NCBI GenBank assembly: GCA_018304245.1
Contig: JAGVWO010000001.1
Coordinates: forward strand, 1-37,400
Origin: Candidatus Pacearchaeota archaeon
GTDB lineage: Archaea > Nanobdellota > Nanobdellia > Pacearchaeales > UBA284
Length of the DNA: 37,400 nucleotides
Direction: 5' to 3'
Below, in pieces: positions 33,983-37,400 of the stretch. A program made the translations under genes and the position numbers. Under the pieces are notes generated by a model. It saw nothing but the letters and a program-made list of their open reading frames with translations, searched no databases and was not told the origin of the DNA. Position 1 is the first letter of the stretch; the number at the start of each line of letters is the position of its first letter.

Positions 33983-34900
33983 ATGAATCTTAAAGCTGTA
34001 AAACCGATAAAAATAGAGAAAAATATCAAAGCAAGCGAATTAGTATCAAGAATGAAAGAAACAGGGTTTAATGCAAAATTTCTTGCAGAATCTGTAGATA
34101 TTCTTGAAGAAGCAATTAAAGATAAAGAATGTAAAATTTTCTTTGGATTAGCTGGCGCAATGGTTCCTGCAGGCATGAAACAAATACTTATAGAAATGGT
34201 TGAAAAAGGATATATTGATGTTTTCGTAAGCACGGGGGCTAATTTAACTCATGATTTAATAGAGGCCTTGGGTTTTAATCACTATCAGGGAGAAGAAAAA
34301 GCAAATGATGCCAAATTAAAAAAAGAGGGATATGATAGGATATACAATATATATATGAAAAATAATGTTTATGAGAAACTTGAATCTTGGTTTGAAGAAA
34401 ATTTTGATAAATTAAACTCTGAAACAAATACCGAATTTCTTAATAAAATTGGTAAATTATTAAAAAACACAAATTCAATCTTAGGAACATGTTATAAAAA
34501 AAATATTCCAATATATTGTCCAGCATTAAGTGATTCTGGAATAGGTTTAATGATTTGGAACATGATGATTAGGAAAAAGAAACCCCTGATGAGCGAATAT
34601 AATGATTTAAGCAAAATTATTGATTTTGCTTGGACAAATAAAAAGAAGGCAGTTTTTTATGTTGGTGGTGGAACACCAAAAAATTATATTCAACAAGCAA
34701 TGCAATTTTCAACAGCAGCAAAATATGGCGTCCAAATAAAAGTCGATGATGCAAGTTTTGGTGGTTCAAGCGGTGCCCCATTAAGGGAGGGAATAAGCTG
34801 GGGTAAAATGGAAGAAAAAGCAAAATTCATAGATGTTAATTGCGATGCAACAATCGCGCTCCCCTTAATTTATTCTGCTTTATTAGATAGATTGAGATAA
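33983..34900 (+). CDS. dys: Deoxyhypusine synthase
   Basis: FFGLAGAMVPAGMK, VSTGANLTHDLIEALG, GGGTPKNYIQQ and EGISWGK (catalytic Lys region). Confidence 0.9.
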   Translation: MNLKAVKPIKIEKNIKASELVSRMKETGFNAKFLAESVDILEEAIKDKECKIFFGLAGAMVPAGMKQILIEMVEKGYIDVFVSTGANLTHDLIEALGFNHYQGEEKANDAKLKKEGYDRIYNIYMKNNVYEKLESWFEENFDKLNSETNTEFLNKIGKLLKNTNSILGTCYKKNIPIYCPALSDSGIGLMIWNMMIRKKKPLMSEYNDLSKIIDFAWTNKKKAVFYVGGGTPKNYIQQAMQFSTAAKYGVQIKVDDASFGGSSGAPLREGISWGKMEEKAKFIDVNCDATIALPLIYSALLDRLR

Positions 34901-34952
34901 TTTTCCGAGATGATTTAATAATTTTTTGTCACTAAGTAGTTACTACCAAACG

Positions 34953-35010
34953 AAATATTTATAAAGGGGCATATGTTACTAATAAGTAAGTACAAAACAC
35001 AAGGTGTTTT
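34953..35010 (+). promoter_or_regulatory. Candidate trmB-family promoter: a TATA-like box followed by a perfect palindrome near the predicted transcription start
   Basis: AAATATTTATAAAGG lies at about 34953-34967. AAAACAC-aag-GTGTTTT lies at 34994-35010, 13 nt before the ATG. A second small palindrome, GTAGT-t-ACTAC, sits at 34936-34946 upstream of the TATA box. Confidence 0.3.
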
Positions 35011-35022
35011 GGTTATAATAAA

Positions 35023-35817
35023 ATGTCAACAAATAAAAACGAATTAGTAAAGAAAATAAAATTCCATTTCGGATTAAACATATACGAAAGTAAAGTTTAT
35101 GTTGCATTATTAGCAAAAAATGTCGCTTCTGTTGGAGAAATAGCTGAATCATCTGGCGTTCCAAGAAGCAGAGTTTATGATGTTCTTGAATCACTTGAAA
35201 AACAAGGATTCGCAGTAATGAGGCTTGGAAAACCTGTAAAATATATTGCAGTTAAACCAGGCGTAGTTATTGATAAAATGAAAAATAACTTAATGAAAGA
35301 AGCAGAAGAAAGAGTTGGCTTGATGTCAACAATTAGAGATACTCCAGAATATAGGGAATTAGAATTATTGCACAATACAAGAATAGCTCCTTCAAATATC
35401 CCTGATTTGAGTTCTGCTATTAAAGGAAGACAAAATATCTATACTCATATGAAAGAACTTTTAGCTGGTGCAGAAAAAGAAATTGTTATTGTAACAAGCG
35501 TAGAAGCACTAAAAAATAAAGTTTCTTTTTTGAAACCAATCTTTGAAGATTTAAAAAAGAAAGGGATTGTAATAAGGGTTGCTGCAAGTTCTCATTTAGA
35601 CTCTGAAAAAGAATCAGTAAGCTTGAGCAAAGAACTTGGAATTCCTGTAAGAAAAGTTAGATTAAATTCAAGATTATGTTTAGTTGATGGAACTAAATTA
35701 CTTATGTTTTTAACTCCCCATTCAGAAGAAGAGGAAAAAGACTTTGCAATTTGGGTAAATAGTGAATATCTTTCCCAAGCACTGTCAACATTCTTAAATC
35801 CTATTTGGAAGAAATAA
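35023..35817 (+). CDS. TrmB-family transcriptional regulator
   Basis: The N-terminal winged helix LNIYESKVYVALLAKNVASVGEIAESSGVPRSRVYDVLESLEKQGF is the classic TrmB signature. The C-terminal sensor-like domain is about 150 aa. Confidence 0.8.
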   Translation: MSTNKNELVKKIKFHFGLNIYESKVYVALLAKNVASVGEIAESSGVPRSRVYDVLESLEKQGFAVMRLGKPVKYIAVKPGVVIDKMKNNLMKEAEERVGLMSTIRDTPEYRELELLHNTRIAPSNIPDLSSAIKGRQNIYTHMKELLAGAEKEIVIVTSVEALKNKVSFLKPIFEDLKKKGIVIRVAASSHLDSEKESVSLSKELGIPVRKVRLNSRLCLVDGTKLLMFLTPHSEEEEKDFAIWVNSEYLSQALSTFLNPIWKK

Positions 35818-35836
35818 ATTTTCTCCTTTTTATAAA

Positions 35837-36244
35837 ATGTGTCACGAAAGAAAAAATATATTGCGTAACGATACCATTGCAAGAAAAAAAGGTATGATTC
35901 CCTTATTGGGCGATAGCGAGAGAGAAGATCTTACAAGAAGAGTAAATGATGATCATCACGCAACCGTAACTTATTTTAAAAGAATTGAGAATCATTATGA
36001 TGGGTATCTCAAACATAAAGAAATTTTAAATGAAATAAGTAAAGATAAGAAAAAAGAATCTACCCATTATGTTGGAGAATTAGAAAGAAGTGCATCAACA
36101 CTAGTACATCAATGTATGGCATTTAATGGCTTTTCTCAAAGAAATTATAAAATATTAAATTATCTTTTAAAGAAAAAAGATAAAAATTTGAATGAAGTTT
36201 TAGATGAAATTAAGGAAAGATATGGTTTTAAATTCCATATTTAA
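35837..36244 (+). CDS. Hypothetical protein, 135 aa
   Basis: ORF only. It is charged and helical-looking and I recognise no motif. Confidence 0.35.
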   Translation: MCHERKNILRNDTIARKKGMIPLLGDSEREDLTRRVNDDHHATVTYFKRIENHYDGYLKHKEILNEISKDKKKESTHYVGELERSASTLVHQCMAFNGFSQRNYKILNYLLKKKDKNLNEVLDEIKERYGFKFHI

Positions 36245-36290
36245 TTTATAGAAAAATAAAAAAAAGAAAAAAATAAAAAAAGAATTCAAT

Positions 36291-36470
36291 TTACCTCTTT
36301 TTCTTTTTACTGTAGTTTCTCATAAGCTTGCCAATACCAATCACGGTTACAGCTAAAGCAATTATCCAAGGTTGCCATACAGTTACTAATTCTCCTGTAA
36401 TGACGCCCAATTGAACAAGTAAAAGCCATACACCAATAACGGTTACAAGCCATGCGGTCAATTTTGCCAT
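36291..36470 (-). CDS. Small (59 aa) two-TM membrane protein, called in a different frame from the track ORF 36307-36513
   Basis: My translation is MAKLTAWLVTVIGVWLLLVQLGVITGELVTVWQPWIIALAVTVIGIGKLMRNYSKKKKR. The ATG at 36470 is preceded by AAAAAGGAGGTAAG. The track ORF in the other frame is Cys/Arg-rich and lacks an RBS. Confidence 0.5.
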   Translation of the reverse strand: MAKLTAWLVTVIGVWLLLVQLGVITGELVTVWQPWIIALAVTVIGIGKLMRNYSKKKKR

Positions 36471-36475
36471 TCTTG

Positions 36476-36523
36476 CTTACCTCCTTTTTAATTAAATAAT
36501 ATGGGATATTCAACTTTTTAAAG
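36476..36523 (-). promoter_or_regulatory. Promoter/RBS module copy 1 (TATA-like CTTTAAAAAGT plus AAAAAGGAGGTAAG)
   Basis: The 14-mer AAAAAGGAGGTAAG (36476-36489, minus) and the 11-mer CTTTAAAAAGT (36513-36523, minus) both recur upstream of the next gene. Confidence 0.35.
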
Positions 36524-36588
36524 ATTGTCTAATGGGAATTAAAAGAATAAAAAAGAAAAAAAGAATAAAAAAAGAAAAAAATAGATTC

Positions 36589-36918
36589 TTAAGCTTTTGA
36601 CAAACTAAATACGGATTTTAAAGCAACGATTATTGTTGCTGGTACGAAAATAGCCATCAAGTTCATTAAGAAAACAGATACATAAGCTAATTGTGAGAAA
36701 ACATTTCCACTTAACGCACTAACAATTACTAAGATTGTACCTGCGAATAAGAAAGGTTTTACTTCAGCATCGGTTATATTTAGTAATCCAATGATGATAC
36801 CTAGCGCAAAGAAAAGCCAGGTTAACCACATTCCTGCACCTAAAAATGCAAAAACAATGGCAAAGATTACCCCGATAAGGAAAGCCCATGCACCAATCAG
36901 ATTGGTTTTTTTAGCCAT
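36589..36918 (-). CDS. Hypothetical 4-TM membrane protein, 109 aa
   Basis: It is hydrophobic throughout. The ATG is preceded by an identical AAAAAGGAGGTAAG, and the minus-strand sequence downstream is T-rich. Confidence 0.55.
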   Translation of the reverse strand: MAKKTNLIGAWAFLIGVIFAIVFAFLGAGMWLTWLFFALGIIIGLLNITDAEVKPFLFAGTILVIVSALSGNVFSQLAYVSVFLMNLMAIFVPATIIVALKSVFSLSKA

Positions 36919-36969
36919 CTTACCTCCTTTTTATTTAATTAAATATAGATGGTTTTACACTTTTTAAAG
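36919..36969 (-). promoter_or_regulatory. Promoter/RBS module copy 2
   Basis: It has the identical 14-mer (36919-36932) and 11-mer (36959-36969), and the shared AATTAAATA, in the same order as copy 1. Confidence 0.35.
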
Positions 36970-37073
36970 TTTTCAATCATCTTTTGTCTTTCTTCAGTTT
37001 TTAATCCACTATGATAAATTCCACAATCTTTCCTTTCCTTTAAAAGAATTAGATTGTATATTTTTTCTGCCAT
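36939..37073 (-). pseudogene. 44-codon ORF resembling a fragment of a superfamily-2 helicase C-terminal domain (probable remnant)
   Basis: My translation is MAEKIYNLILLKERKDCGIYHSGLKTEERQKMIENFKKCKTIYI*. The segment YHSGLKTEERQKMIENFKK resembles the conserved 'YH.G....eR..v...F' segment of RecQ/DEAD-type helicases. It overlaps the promoter module of the downstream gene. Confidence 0.25.
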
Positions 37074-37144
37074 TTTAGTTTATTGAATACTGCTAATCTG
37101 TCGACCCTGTCCGCCTATAGCGGGCTATTTTAATTTATAGCATA

Positions 37145-37399
37145 TCTAGGTAGGCGTTGCAATAGGAGCACTGGCCGGAGCTCCGCCAGCTGGCGGATTT
37201 CCCCTCTTCGATACATCTATTTTTTTCCCAGCTATAATGCCATTTCTTATCAAAAGATTATGTATGGTATCGGTCGCCTTAGCGCCCTTCGAAATCCAAT
37301 ATAAAATTCGCTCTTTATCAAGCCGGATTTTATCTTTATGCCTAGTATCGTGATTCCCGACAATTTCAATAAACTTCCCGCTTTTTGTGGAATTGCGAG
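37145..37399 (-). CDS. rpsP: Bacterial-type ribosomal protein bS16, C-terminal part (N-terminus runs off the right edge)
   Basis: My minus-strand translation from the window end is SRNSTKSGKFIEIVGNHDTRHKDKIRLDKERILYWISKGAKATDTIHNLLIRNGIIAGKKIDVSKRGNPPAGGAPASAPIATPT*. It aligns by eye with E. coli bS16 (DSRNARNGRFIERVGFFNP...[21 protein letters not shown]). The region is visibly GC-richer than the rest of the window. The printed sequence appears to end at 37399. Confidence 0.8.
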
Positions 37400-37400
37400 A

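Noticed and set aside
36307-36513. The track ORF of 68 aa (MNIPYYLIKKEV...CNRYWCMAFTC...)
   Set aside because: Another frame on the same strand (36291-36470) has an ATG preceded by GGAGGT and encodes a clean two-TM protein. The track frame is Cys/Arg/Trp-rich, lacks an RBS and spans the promoter-like element.
36245-36590. Repetitive A-rich blocks (AAGAATAAAAAAAGAAAAAAA-like) that at first glance resemble short repeats or a degenerate array
   Set aside because: There is no repeat-spacer periodicity and no unique spacers. On the coding (minus) strand they are oligo-T runs directly after stop codons, so I interpret them as terminator-type T-tracts rather than a CRISPR or tandem-repeat locus.
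1-37399. tRNA, rRNA, CRISPR array, transposase/IS or integrase genes
   Set aside because: I scanned the intergenic spacers for T-loop-like GTTCGAATC/GTTCAAATC, acceptor-stem symmetry and regularly spaced direct repeats. I also scanned the ORF set for DDE or tyrosine-recombinase motifs. None was found. This is a by-eye scan, so small or degenerate elements could have been missed.

Overview
This is an AT-rich (about 30% G+C, estimated by eye, not computed), tightly packed archaeal fragment. The gene content suggests a reduced DPANN-type genome (Pace-/Woese-/Nanoarchaeota-like); that assignment is inference.

Diagnostic archaeal blocks:
- The rpoH-rpoB''-rpoB'-rpoA-rpl30e-nusA transcription operon (24946-32950, minus strand). 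rpoB is split, but rpoA is a single fused A'+A'' ORF.
- archease-rtcB.
- A minimal ISC Fe-S operon (HTH regulator, IscS, DUF1858, HAD, IscU), plus a flavodoxin and a PP-loop sulfurtransferase-like gene.
- Housekeeping genes: endonuclease III, thymidylate kinase, an Rpp30-like protein, deoxyhypusine synthase next to an AdoMetDC-like gene, a TrmB-family regulator, a short MGMT and an Mtq2-like methyltransferase.
- An intact form II/III-type RuBisCO.

Accessory or unusual content:
1. A HerA/FtsK-type ATPase is followed within 10 nt by two paralogous small proteins with Flp/Epd-type pilin-like N-termini (7473-9956). This is my best candidate for an undescribed filament or translocation module.
2. 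A 1358-aa membrane-anchored surface protein has CARDB-like repeats and three thrombospondin-type-1-like Cys/Trp repeats.
3. A His-rich membrane-anchored protein has an FKBP-like region and a thioredoxin-fold domain.
4. A truncated dph2 remnant is present.
5. Two GC-richer, hairpin-rich in-frame insertions sit in otherwise conserved genes.
6. A duplicated promoter/RBS cassette drives two small membrane proteins.
7. At the extreme right edge the composition shifts abruptly into a bacterial-type ribosomal protein bS16 gene. This is either a chimeric assembly or a cross-domain transfer.

I could not recognise any tRNA, rRNA, CRISPR array or transposase. All homology statements come from motif recognition by eye, not from searches.
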